Part shown: positions 37,315 to 45,659 of the stretch, piece after piece | Numbering within the stretch: position 1 is the stretch's first letter | Layout of the letters: the number at the start of each line of letters is the position of its first letter | Assembly (NCBI GenBank): GCA_965248265.1 | Contig: CBDFJF010000002.1 | Span: 3,968,001-4,032,000, forward strand | Direction of reading: 5' to 3' | Length of the DNA stretch: 64,000 bases | DNA from: Candidatus Latescibacterota bacterium | GTDB taxonomy: Bacteria; Latescibacterota; UBA2968; UBA8231 | Position numbers and translations under genes: made by a program | Notes under the pieces: model-generated | Databases searched by the model: none | What the model saw: only the letters and a program-made list of their open reading frames with translations | Told to the model about the DNA's origin: nothing

Positions 37315-38007
37315 ATGCCCGACGATAACGTCCAGATCGCACCGTCACTGCTATCTGCCGACTTCTCGCGGCTCAAGGACGAGATACAGCGAATCGAACA
37401 AGCCGGGGCGGACCTGCTTCATCTCGACGTCATGGATGGCCATTTTGTACCCAACCTCAGTTTTGGTTTACCGGTCGTTGAAGCCGTTCGCCGGGTGACC
37501 GACTTGAAACTGGATACCCACCTGATGCTGGCGGATCCCGGCCAGTACCTTGAAGCCTTCAAGCAGGCGGGCTCCGATTCGCTCACCATCCACTTTGAAG
37601 TCTGCGAAGAAGAGACTCAGATCAGGGCATTGATTGAGCAGATTCACGGCCTCGACCTCGAGTGTGGCCTGGCCGTCAATCCACAAACCCCGGTTGGCGC
37701 CCTCTTCCCTTTCGCCGAACGCTGCGATCTGCTGTTGGTGATGTCGGTCGCACCGGGATTTGGCGGGCAGTCCTTTATTCCGGAGACCCCCGAAAAAGTG
37801 CGTCAGCTGAGCCATTGGCTGGAGGAAAACGAGCTGGAAGTACCGATCCAAGTCGATGGCGGTGTGACCCCGGACAACGCCTCCACCTGTACTGACGCCG
37901 GAGCATCCTCCCTGGTGGCCGGTTCGGCTGTCTTCGGGGCCGCAGACGCTGCCGAAGCCATACGCCGTCTGCGCCCGTCCGCCCACCCCGATACAGTCGG
38001 CGAGTGA
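37315..38007 (+). CDS. rpe: Ribulose-phosphate 3-epimerase
   Basis: IAPSLLSADF, HLDVMDGHFVPN, MSVAPGFGGQ, VDGG, VAGSAVF. Confidence 0.97.
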   Translation: MPDDNVQIAPSLLSADFSRLKDEIQRIEQAGADLLHLDVMDGHFVPNLSFGLPVVEAVRRVTDLKLDTHLMLADPGQYLEAFKQAGSDSLTIHFEVCEEETQIRALIEQIHGLDLECGLAVNPQTPVGALFPFAERCDLLLVMSVAPGFGGQSFIPETPEKVRQLSHWLEENELEVPIQVDGGVTPDNASTCTDAGASSLVAGSAVFGAADAAEAIRRLRPSAHPDTVGE

Positions 38008-38106
38008 GTTTGCCAGAGTACCGTCTTGGCATTAAGTTTAAAGGTTTACTGGCGAACGACTTAAGCGGCCATATAGCACTCTCTGTGAAGGCCCGATAGC
38101 GCAAAC

Positions 38107-39453
38107 ATGTTCGATCAGCTGACACAGCGTCTCGAGGACGCTTTCAAGAATCTGCGCGGTCAGGGCAGAATCACGGAAAAGAGCCTGGACGAGTCCCTTC
38201 GAGAAATTCGCCGGGCCCTGCTCGAAGCTGACGTGAATTTCAAGGTCGCCAAAATCTTTCTGCAACGGATCAGGGAACGCGCCAGCGGTCAGCAGGTTTT
38301 GCGCAGCCTGACTCCGGGGCAGCAGGTGATCAAGATCGTGCGCGATGAACTGATCGCTCTGCTCGGCGGTCAAGCTGCCCCACTGGCGAGCGCAGACACA
38401 CCGCCAACCGTGATCATGTTAGTGGGCTTACAGGGATGCGGGAAGACGACGGTCGCTGGCAAACTCAGCGTTTTCTTGAGGGAGCAGGGCCGGCTGCCAT
38501 TGCTCGTGGCCGCTGACACCTACCGGCCTGCAGCCGTTGATCAGTTACGCATTCTCGGTGAGACGGCGAAAGTCCCCGTCTTCACTGCCAAAGAATTCGA
38601 CAGCGATTCCGGTCCGGTGGAGATCTGCCGTCGAGGGGTCGCCGAAGCCCGCGCGACCAATCGCAGTGCCGTGATTCTCGACACCGCTGGCCGTCTGAGC
38701 ATTGATGATGCCATGATGGCGGAACTGGCGGATATTCGGTCGACGACGGAGCCGAATGAGATTCTGTTCGTCGCCGATGGCATGCTCGGTCAAGACGCCG
38801 TCGAGACTGCGGTCCGGTTCCATGAGCAGCTGGCCTTTACGGGATGCGTGCTGACCAAACTCGACGGTGACGCCCGAGGAGGGGCCGCCCTGTCGATTCG
38901 CGAGTCGACGGGTGAACCGATCAAGTTCGTGGGTACGGGTGAGCGTTTGGAAGCGCTGGAGCAGTTCCACCCGGAGCGCATGGCTTCGCGAATCCTCGGT
39001 ATGGGTGATGTGATCTCGCTCGTCGAGAAGGCCGAGAAAGTCATTGATCAGGACCGGGCAAAGGAGTTGGAGGATCGCCTGCGTAAGGAATCCTTCACCT
39101 TCGATGATTTCCGGGAGCAACTGCAGGCCGTCAAGAGCATGGGGCCGCTGGATCAACTCATGGGTATGATTCCGGGAGCCGGCAAGGCCTTCAAGGGCGT
39201 ACAGACAGACGACAACGCCCTGGTCCGGGTGGAGGCGATCATCAATTCGATGACCGCGAAGGAGCGGGGGCGACCACAGATCCTCAACGGCAGTCGCCGG
39301 AGGCGGATCGCCCGTGGCAGTGGAACCAGTGTCCAGGATGTAAACCGGCTGCTGAAGCAGTTTCAAGCGATGCAAAAGATGATGCGCCAGATGAATCAAC
39401 AAGCGAAGGGGGGAAGGCGCAGAGCCCCCCTGTTTACCCCAGGTATGAGTTGA
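38107..39453 (+). CDS. ffh: Signal recognition particle protein
   Basis: ALLEADV, GLQGCGKTT, DTAGR, TKLDGDARGG, RILGMGD, SRRRRIARGSG. Confidence 0.98.
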   Translation: MFDQLTQRLEDAFKNLRGQGRITEKSLDESLREIRRALLEADVNFKVAKIFLQRIRERASGQQVLRSLTPGQQVIKIVRDELIALLGGQAAPLASADTPPTVIMLVGLQGCGKTTVAGKLSVFLREQGRLPLLVAADTYRPAAVDQLRILGETAKVPVFTAKEFDSDSGPVEICRRGVAEARATNRSAVILDTAGRLSIDDAMMAELADIRSTTEPNEILFVADGMLGQDAVETAVRFHEQLAFTGCVLTKLDGDARGGAALSIRESTGEPIKFVGTGERLEALEQFHPERMASRILGMGDVISLVEKAEKVIDQDRAKELEDRLRKESFTFDDFREQLQAVKSMGPLDQLMGMIPGAGKAFKGVQTDDNALVRVEAIINSMTAKERGRPQILNGSRRRRIARGSGTSVQDVNRLLKQFQAMQKMMRQMNQQAKGGRRRAPLFTPGMS

Positions 39454-39502
39454 CGATTGACTTTCTCGCACCCCCGCACTCACTTGAAGAGGGCTAGATA
39501 AA

Positions 39503-40060
39503 TTGGTCAAACTCCGTTTGAAGAGATTGGGGCGGAAGAAGCGCCCTTATTACCGCATAGTGGCGATGGATGCCAATTCCCCACGTGATGGTCAAGCCCT
39601 GGCCGAGGTCGGGATGTATGATCCCCTTCTGTCAAAGGTGGACCTGGACGAGGAAGCCGCCTTGCACTGGTTGAACGCCGGCGCACGCATGACCGGCACG
39701 GTGCGCGCCTTGTTTAAGAATCAGGGCCTGCTGTCCCGCTGGGGCGGTCTTGAAGGCACCGTCACCGAAGGGTTTTTGACGCTGGACAAACCGAAGCGCC
39801 TGAAGAAGCTGGCGGCCGCAGAAGCTGCGGCGTCAGAACCGGCAGCAGAGGCTGAGGAAACAGCGGTCGGCTCGAGCACCGGTGCAGACGAACCTGCCGC
39901 GGCAGACGCACCCGCCCCGGCAGAAGAACCGGCAGCGGCAGAAGCGCCCGGGGCGGTAACGAATGAAGCTGAGGCGGCAGAAGCGCCTGGGGCGGTAACG
40001 AATGAAGCTGAGGCGGCAGAAGCGCCCGGGGATGAAGGCGACTCGGCCACCGAAGCGTAA
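39503..40060 (+). CDS. rpsP: 30S ribosomal protein S16 with acidic Ala/Glu/Pro tail
   Basis: MVKLRLKRLGRKKRPYYRIV..D..SPRDG; TTG start. Confidence 0.95.
   Translation: MVKLRLKRLGRKKRPYYRIVAMDANSPRDGQALAEVGMYDPLLSKVDLDEEAALHWLNAGARMTGTVRALFKNQGLLSRWGGLEGTVTEGFLTLDKPKRLKKLAAAEAAASEPAAEAEETAVGSSTGADEPAAADAPAPAEEPAAAEAPGAVTNEAEAAEAPGAVTNEAEAAEAPGDEGDSATEA
39935..40031 (+). repeat. 39-bp in-frame tandem repeat (about 2.5 copies) in rpsP tail
   Basis: GCGGCAGAAGCGCC(C/T)GGGGCGGTAACGAATGAAGCTGAG, encoding AAEAPGAVTNEAE. Confidence 0.95.
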
Positions 40061-40064
40061 GTAG

Positions 40065-40589
40065 GTGGACACGGGTGATGACAGGATCACCGTTGGGTAT
40101 GTAGTTCGGGCCAAGGGCGTGCGCGGCGAGGTCAGAGTAGAACCGCTGACTCACAGCATTGAGCGCTTTGACATGCTGTCAAAGGTCGTGCTTGAGCGGG
40201 GAGAAGAGCCTCTCAAGCACCTGGTCATCCAGCACTGGCGTCCTGATTTGCCCGGCGTGCTGATCAAGTTCAGGGGCATCAACACGCCCGAGCAGGCTCG
40301 AGAAACGGTGGTCAAGGGATACATCACCGTCGCCCGGGACGAGGTTGCTCCATTGCCCGGAGGGCATTACTACGTATTTGACCTGATCGGCTGCGATGTT
40401 GAGGACGAGTTAGGCTCGCATCTGGGAAAACTGATCGACGTACGCGAAATGCCATCGACCGACGTTTACGTCGTGGACACAGGCAGCAAGCACGTCATGG
40501 TACCGGCAGTGCGGCATTTTATCGTCGATGTTTCCATAGCAGAGCGCCGCGTAACGGTACGCGGTGTGGAGGATCTTTTCAGCCCGTGA
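40065..40589 (+). CDS. rimM: 16S rRNA processing protein RimM
   Basis: VGYVVRAKGVRGEV, YYVFDLIGC, DVYVV; conserved synteny. Confidence 0.95.
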   Translation: MDTGDDRITVGYVVRAKGVRGEVRVEPLTHSIERFDMLSKVVLERGEEPLKHLVIQHWRPDLPGVLIKFRGINTPEQARETVVKGYITVARDEVAPLPGGHYYVFDLIGCDVEDELGSHLGKLIDVREMPSTDVYVVDTGSKHVMVPAVRHFIVDVSIAERRVTVRGVEDLFSP

Positions 40590-41347
40590 AGATCGACGTT
40601 TTGACGATTTTCCCCGGGTTTTTCGACAGTCCGTTATCCACGAGTATCGTGGCCCGTGCTGTTGAAGCCGGACTCGTATCGATCGATTTACACGATCTGC
40701 GATCCTTCACTGCTGACCGCCATCGCACCGTCGACGACGCCCCGTTCGGCGGAGGGGGTGGCATGGTGATGAAGCCCGAGCCGGTGGCGGCCGCCTGGCG
40801 GGCGTTGGATCTGCACCGCGGTCATTGCATCTACCTGACGGCGGACGGTGCTCCCCTGGATCAGGAACGTTGCAAACAGCTGTCTCTGGAATCGCACCTG
40901 GTGTTGTTGTGTGGGCACTACAAGGGAGTCGATGAGCGCATCCGGCAGTTCGCGGTGGACGAAGAGATTTCCATCGGGGACTATGTACTCACCGGGGGTG
41001 AGCCAGCCGCCCTGGTGTTGATGGACACAGTGGTGAGAGTGATTCCCGGTGTCCTGGGCAATTTCAGCTCAGCCCTGGAGGATTCGTTTCACGAGGAATC
41101 CTTGCTCGACTGTCCGTGGTACACTCGTCCGGCCGAGTTTGACGGACGGGAAGTACCAGACGTACTGATGAACGGAGATCACGAGCAAGTGCGCATCTGG
41201 CGCCGCATGCAAGCACTCAGGCGCACCTACGAGCGTCGACCCGAGCTGCTGGCGCGGGTCGAATTAGACGATGACGAGCGACGCCTGGTCGATCGTTGGA
41301 AACAACAGGAGGAAGCATCCTCCGCATTCGAAAGAGATGGACTCTGA
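40586..41347 (+). CDS. trmD: tRNA (m1G37) methyltransferase
   Basis: [38 protein letters not shown]. Confidence 0.97.
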   Translation: MKIDVLTIFPGFFDSPLSTSIVARAVEAGLVSIDLHDLRSFTADRHRTVDDAPFGGGGGMVMKPEPVAAAWRALDLHRGHCIYLTADGAPLDQERCKQLSLESHLVLLCGHYKGVDERIRQFAVDEEISIGDYVLTGGEPAALVLMDTVVRVIPGVLGNFSSALEDSFHEESLLDCPWYTRPAEFDGREVPDVLMNGDHEQVRIWRRMQALRRTYERRPELLARVELDDDERRLVDRWKQQEEASSAFERDGL

Positions 41348-41694
41348 TGGACATGACTCTATTGCGTGAAGTGACGTCGGACCAGCTGAAGACGGATATC
41401 CCCGATTTTGGCGCCGGCGATTCCCTGCGAATCCACGTACGTGTGATCGAGGGTGAAAAGGAACGCACCCAGATCTTCGAAGGAGATGTGATTCAGCGCA
41501 AAGGCAGCGGCATTCACGAGACCTACACCATCCGCAAGGTGACCCAGGGAATAGCGGTCGAACGCATTTTCCCCTTGCATTCTCCTCGTGTCGCCAAGAT
41601 CGAGAAACTGCGCTCCGGCAAAGTCAGGCGCGCACGCCTGTTCTATCTGCGCGAGCGCAAGGGACGCGCTGCCCGCATCAAGGAGCAACGTTAA
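41347..41694 (+). CDS. rplS: 50S ribosomal protein L19
   Basis: [33 protein letters not shown]. Confidence 0.97.
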   Translation: MDMTLLREVTSDQLKTDIPDFGAGDSLRIHVRVIEGEKERTQIFEGDVIQRKGSGIHETYTIRKVTQGIAVERIFPLHSPRVAKIEKLRSGKVRRARLFYLRERKGRAARIKEQR

Positions 41695-41699
41695 CGCCG

Positions 41700-41954
41700 A
41701 TGCCGGACGCAAGCACGTCGAACATCCCGTTCACGAGCAAGAATCTCAAGATTTTCGTCGCCGGGCTCCTGGTGATCGGACTCGGTTATGTCTTGTTGAG
41801 TATTCCTCCCGCGGACGGATTCCTTTCCTTGACCATGGCGCCCATTCTTTTGGTGCTGGGGTACTGCGTCATCATCCCCATGTCTCTGCTGCTCAAGGAT
41901 ACCGATCCTTCGCCAGACGATGGGGACAGCAACGACACACGGACTGACTCGTAA
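41700..41954 (+). CDS. Small 2-TM membrane protein (DUF3098-like)
   Basis: KN..IF..GLLVIGLGY.L...LSLTMAPILLVLGY. Confidence 0.7.
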   Translation: MPDASTSNIPFTSKNLKIFVAGLLVIGLGYVLLSIPPADGFLSLTMAPILLVLGYCVIIPMSLLLKDTDPSPDDGDSNDTRTDS

Positions 41955-41967
41955 CCGTTGGGATCCA

Positions 41968-42609
41968 ATGCGAATTCTGATCGCCGAAGATGACCCCACT
42001 TCCCGACTCCTGGTCGTCAGGTGGCTGACGAAATGGGGCCATGAGGTCGTGGTCACCGAGAACGGCCGTGAGGCCCATGAGGTCCTGGCCGCTGAAGATG
42101 CGCCGCAACTGGCGATTCTGGATTGGGACATGCCGATCGAGGACGGCGTCGAGGTCTGCCGCTGGGCTCGAACCATGCCCCACCTGCGCCAGCTCTACGT
42201 GATCATACTGACCGCCAAGGACGGCGAAGAGGACATCGTCCAGGGCCTGTCATCAGGCGCCAACGACTACGTCACGAAGCCACCTAACCCGCGGGAACTG
42301 CAGGCACGGGTCGATGTGGGCATTCGGGTTATCCAGCTGCAAAATGAGCTGGCGCAACGCATCATCGACCTTGAGGCATCCATTGCACGCGAAAAAACGC
42401 TGCAGGGGCTGCTGCCGATCTGCTCCTACTGCAAAAAAGTACGCGATGATGGCGACTACTGGCAGCAAGTCGAATTCTACATCGAAAAGCATGCAGATGT
42501 TTCGTTCAGCCACGGAATCTGCCCCACCTGTTTCAAGGATGTGGTCGAACCCGAACTGGCTGAGTTCGAAGCAAAGACCGACAAGGAAGACAAGGACGCC
42601 AGCGGCTGA
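41968..42609 (+). CDS. Response regulator with C-terminal Cys-rich domain
   Basis: ILIAEDD, ILDWDMP, LTAK, DYVTKP; LLPICSYCKKVR...SHGICPTC. Confidence 0.92.
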   Translation: MRILIAEDDPTSRLLVVRWLTKWGHEVVVTENGREAHEVLAAEDAPQLAILDWDMPIEDGVEVCRWARTMPHLRQLYVIILTAKDGEEDIVQGLSSGANDYVTKPPNPRELQARVDVGIRVIQLQNELAQRIIDLEASIAREKTLQGLLPICSYCKKVRDDGDYWQQVEFYIEKHADVSFSHGICPTCFKDVVEPELAEFEAKTDKEDKDASG

Positions 42610-43184
42610 CCCAGTTTCCTTCAGCAGACAACGTTTTTCTTCAATTCCCTGAGCTCGTAGCAGGAGACTTGCTGCTGCGCGCCTTGCGCCCACAAGACGC
42701 GCAGGATCTGTACGCCATCTTCTCAGACGAACGAGTGACCGAGCACTATGATCTCGACACCCTTACCGACCCGGGTGAAGCGCTCGAACTCGTCGAGAAA
42801 TTCAGGCGACGTTTCGACAACCGCATCGGCCTGCGATGGGCTATCGTCTGCAGCGAATCCCCGGACGTGGTGCTGGGAACGTGTGGCTACAACATCTGGA
42901 TTCAACCAAGTGCCAGAGCCGTTCTCGGATATGACCTAGGGCAGAGCCATTGGCGGCAAGGCATCATGTCCCGAGCGTTGCATGCGACACTCGATTTCGG
43001 GTTCACCCAGATGGCACTGAACCGGGTGGAAGCCCTCTCGTTCGCGGAAAATACCGCTTCCCGGCAGCTGCTCGAAAAATTGGGATTCTCCTGTGACGGC
43101 GTACTGCGGGAGTACGAACTCATAAAGGGGCGGTTCGTCGACATGGCTATGTACTCCCTGCTGCGACGGGAGTTCACGCCATGA
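42606..43184 (+). CDS. RimJ/RimL-family GNAT N-acetyltransferase (start CTG 42606 proposed, TTG 42669 alternative)
   Basis: LGYDL..SHWRQGIM, LNRVEA, NTASRQLLEKLGF; upstream in-frame FPELVAGDLLLR. Confidence 0.85.
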   Translation: MTQFPSADNVFLQFPELVAGDLLLRALRPQDAQDLYAIFSDERVTEHYDLDTLTDPGEALELVEKFRRRFDNRIGLRWAIVCSESPDVVLGTCGYNIWIQPSARAVLGYDLGQSHWRQGIMSRALHATLDFGFTQMALNRVEALSFAENTASRQLLEKLGFSCDGVLREYELIKGRFVDMAMYSLLRREFTP

Positions 43185-43582
43185 TCCGATTCGAGGTCGA
43201 AACCAGCCGGCAAACCGAGATGGTTCCGATCACCAGCCAGGTCCAGGACGCGGTGACCGAGCTGGCCATCCTCGATGGTTCCGTCGTCGTATTCGTACCG
43301 CACACAACTGCCGCCGTGACGATCAACGAGAGTGCCGATCCCATGGTCGCCCATGACGTGCTCTCCGTTGTCGACCGCGTGATTCCATTTCATGACGATG
43401 ACTATCGTCACATGGAGGCCAACTCCGCCGCGCACATCAAATCCATCCTGGTCGGCACTTCCGAGACCGTGATGGTGCGCAATGGACACTTGCACCTGGG
43501 CACCTGGCAGGGTTTGTTTCTGTGCGAATTCGACGGACCACGGCACAGACAGGTTGATGTCGGCGCCTGCGGTTGCGGCTAA
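43181..43582 (+). CDS. yjbQ: YjbQ/UPF0047 family protein
   Basis: PHTTAAVTINE, NSAAHIKS, LGTWQGLFLCEFDGPRHR. Confidence 0.93.
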   Translation: MIRFEVETSRQTEMVPITSQVQDAVTELAILDGSVVVFVPHTTAAVTINESADPMVAHDVLSVVDRVIPFHDDDYRHMEANSAAHIKSILVGTSETVMVRNGHLHLGTWQGLFLCEFDGPRHRQVDVGACGCG

Positions 43583-43631
43583 GCCGGCGCCCAGTACATT
43601 GAGCTACAGAAAAAGAAAGGAGGGTATTCCG

Positions 43632-43859
43632 ATGGCCAAAGAGATTGAGATCCAGTACTGCACATCGTGAGGGTATCTCGGAAAAGCCGTCAGTTTGGCG
43701 GAACAGATACTGAATGAAGAGAAACTCGACCTGTCTCGGTTGGTCATCGTGCCCTCGCACGGAGGACGGTTCGAGATCACGGTCGATGGCGATCTGGCAT
43801 TCTCGAAGTTGAAAGAAGGACGCTTCCCCGAAGACGCCGAGATCGACGCCTTGCTGTAG
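43632..43859 (+). CDS. Rdx-family (SelW/SelT/SelH) selenoprotein, CxxU
   Basis: MAKEIEIQYCTS-U(TGA 43668-70)-GYLGKAVSLAEQIL...VPSHGGRFEITVDGDLAFSKLKEGRFPEDAEIDALL; strong SD AAGGAGG. Confidence 0.9.
43687..43701 (+). promoter_or_regulatory. Putative bacterial SECIS hairpin
   Basis: CCGTCA-GTT-TGGCGG stem-loop with G-containing apical loop about 23 nt after the in-frame UGA. Confidence 0.55.
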
Positions 43860-43863
43860 TCGT

Positions 43864-45342
43864 TCAGACCTTCAACAGCTCGAGCTGAGGCATGGGCTCC
43901 TGCTGTGGAGTCTCTGCTGCAAGGTGCCGCAGTGGATGGCGGCCACCAATGCAATAGGTGCAAAGGTGGCTGTCATCAACACCGGCGCGCCGGAAAGCCT
44001 CCAGCATCAGGTCGCTCGACAGGTACACGACCGGCATGCCCATGCGTTCGCTGATCTCCTCGTTGGTCCGGCCTCGCGCCACGAACTCCTCCCCCTCGGG
44101 GGGATCGGGTGGCATGTCCACACCGAAGGTACATCCCCGCGGTTCACCGTCGGTGCCGACGATTCCGATCGGCGGCGTGTAACTCACCAGATAGGCTTTT
44201 TTCACTCCGACTTCGTTGTACAGCAAATCCCGGGCTCGCACCGAGTTGTTGCCACGAACGATGCTGTCGTCTATGAGAACGACGGTCTTGCCCTGTAGTT
44301 GAGGACGCAATCCGGGCAGCAGGTGGAGATTGTCGTCGATCGACTTGCGACGATCACTGGCGGTCGACCCCTGAAACGAACGCTCACCTCGCACCTTGTA
44401 GAACACGGGAAGGAACGCGAGCCCCGTCTTTTTGGCGTAACTGCGAGCGGCCACCTCGGGACACCTCGGCAGAAAAGTGACGACGTCAGCATCCTCGGGG
44501 GTGAACTCCTGAGCCAGCAGTTCACCCAGCGTTTCTCGAATACGACGCACGCTGACACTGTTGATGATGGAATCGACGTTGGTGATGTAGTTCCATTCGA
44601 AGAAACAGTGCGCCAGACTCGGCTCGACCAGCGATTCCTTGCTGTAATCTCCCTCCGGCGTGAGATAGTAGATGGAACCGGGCTCCAGATCCTCGATGAA
44701 CTCACCACCGTTCTTCCTGAACGCGATGTCCTCCGATGCGACCCCGTACTTGCCATCCTTCCACCCCAGCACGCCGGGCTTGATCCCGGTGCGGTCCCGG
44801 AGCACGATGACGTCCCGTTTGGTCCAATCAGCGATTGCCATTGAATAGGCCCCCGGCACACGCTTCATGAACTCCTGCTCGCCTTTGCGACGATACAGAT
44901 TGAGCAGGGCCTCCGTGTCGCATTGAGAGCGCAGATCGGCCAGATCCGCTTCTTCGAAGCAGTCCCACCCGACCTGACCGTTGTGGACGGCAGCCATTTC
45001 ACAGTCGCGGATCAGGATGTGGTTGCCCCTGCTCTCGACGTGACCGCCGAGGGTGTGGGGATGGGCATCGGTGAGAATTTGATCCTTGCGCCCGCGTGTG
45101 GCATAGCGAACGTGGGCCATGTAGGTGTGATAGTTGGGGCTGGGAAAGATCTTGTGCAGATCGGTGACATCGAAGCGATCGACTCCCCCCTCCCACTTGA
45201 TGACGTCAATGCCTCCCTCACCGACGGCGGCAATGCCGGCCGCCTCACGGCCACGATGCTGCAACGAGCGGATGAAGGAATAGGCGTCGTGCAGTGTGTG
45301 GGCTACGCAGAACCCGCAGTTGTGTCGGACTCGCTCCGACAT
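43864..45342 (-). CDS. purF: Amidophosphoribosyltransferase (divergent)
   Basis: Short propeptide then CG, LQHRG, HVRYAT, HNG, DTE, PRPP loop VLIDDSIVRG, Fe-S Cys (CFFE, GCTFGVDM, CTYC). Confidence 0.82.
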   Translation of the reverse strand: MSERVRHNCGFCVAHTLHDAYSFIRSLQHRGREAAGIAAVGEGGIDVIKWEGGVDRFDVTDLHKIFPSPNYHTYMAHVRYATRGRKDQILTDAHPHTLGGHVESRGNHILIRDCEMAAVHNGQVGWDCFEEADLADLRSQCDTEALLNLYRRKGEQEFMKRVPGAYSMAIADWTKRDVIVLRDRTGIKPGVLGWKDGKYGVASEDIAFRKNGGEFIEDLEPGSIYYLTPEGDYSKESLVEPSLAHCFFEWNYITNVDSIINSVSVRRIRETLGELLAQEFTPEDADVVTFLPRCPEVAARSYAKKTGLAFLPVFYKVRGERSFQGSTASDRRKSIDDNLHLLPGLRPQLQGKTVVLIDDSIVRGNNSVRARDLLYNEVGVKKAYLVSYTPPIGIVGTDGEPRGCTFGVDMPPDPPEGEEFVARGRTNEEISERMGMPVVYLSSDLMLEAFRRAGVDDSHLCTYCIGGRHPLRHLAAETPQQEPMPQLELLKV

Positions 45343-45618
45343 AGGCAGCTAACTCCTTGCGCTGAATGATGCTAACGGGGCCGCACAAACTCTGCCGAAC
45401 GCGGGGATTTCCGCTCTCCAGCAATCTGGACGGCATGCTTGATCCGGGGAGTCCACTGGTTTTTCGGGAAGGGCTTCGGCGGGGATTCCGAGCCGCGGAC
45501 ACAATATAACACAGTTGAGCGGGGGGGAAACACCTCCCCGCCTAGGGCGTCCGCCTAAGGCTTCCGCCAAATGGCGTGGGACCAGGTTTATGCCACACAC
45601 CAGATCTCTTGAGTAAGA

Positions 45619-45646
45619 AATGCCGGCCCTTTGAAGGGCCGGCATT
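45619..45646 (-). terminator. Rho-independent terminator after gmaS/glnT
   Basis: AATGCCGGCCCT-TTGA-AGGGCCGGCATT; minus strand continues into TCTT. Confidence 0.75.
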
Positions 45647-45659
45647 CTCGACTGCACTC

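Noticed and set aside
38008-38106. SRP RNA (ffs) next to ffh
   Set aside because: The conserved helix-8 motif (CAGG..GGAA..AGCAG) is absent.
39935-40031. CRISPR-like repeat
   Set aside because: Head-to-tail in-frame repeat with no spacers, inside rpsP; no cas genes.
43482-43963. ORF-track calls 43482-43670 (+) and 43604-43963 (-)
   Set aside because: Both are explained by the UGA-readthrough selenoprotein 43632-43859 and its antisense shadow.
45343-45618. ZTP/PRPP/purine riboswitch upstream of purF
   Set aside because: Some GC hairpins are present, but I could not recognise the conserved cores; an Infernal search is needed.
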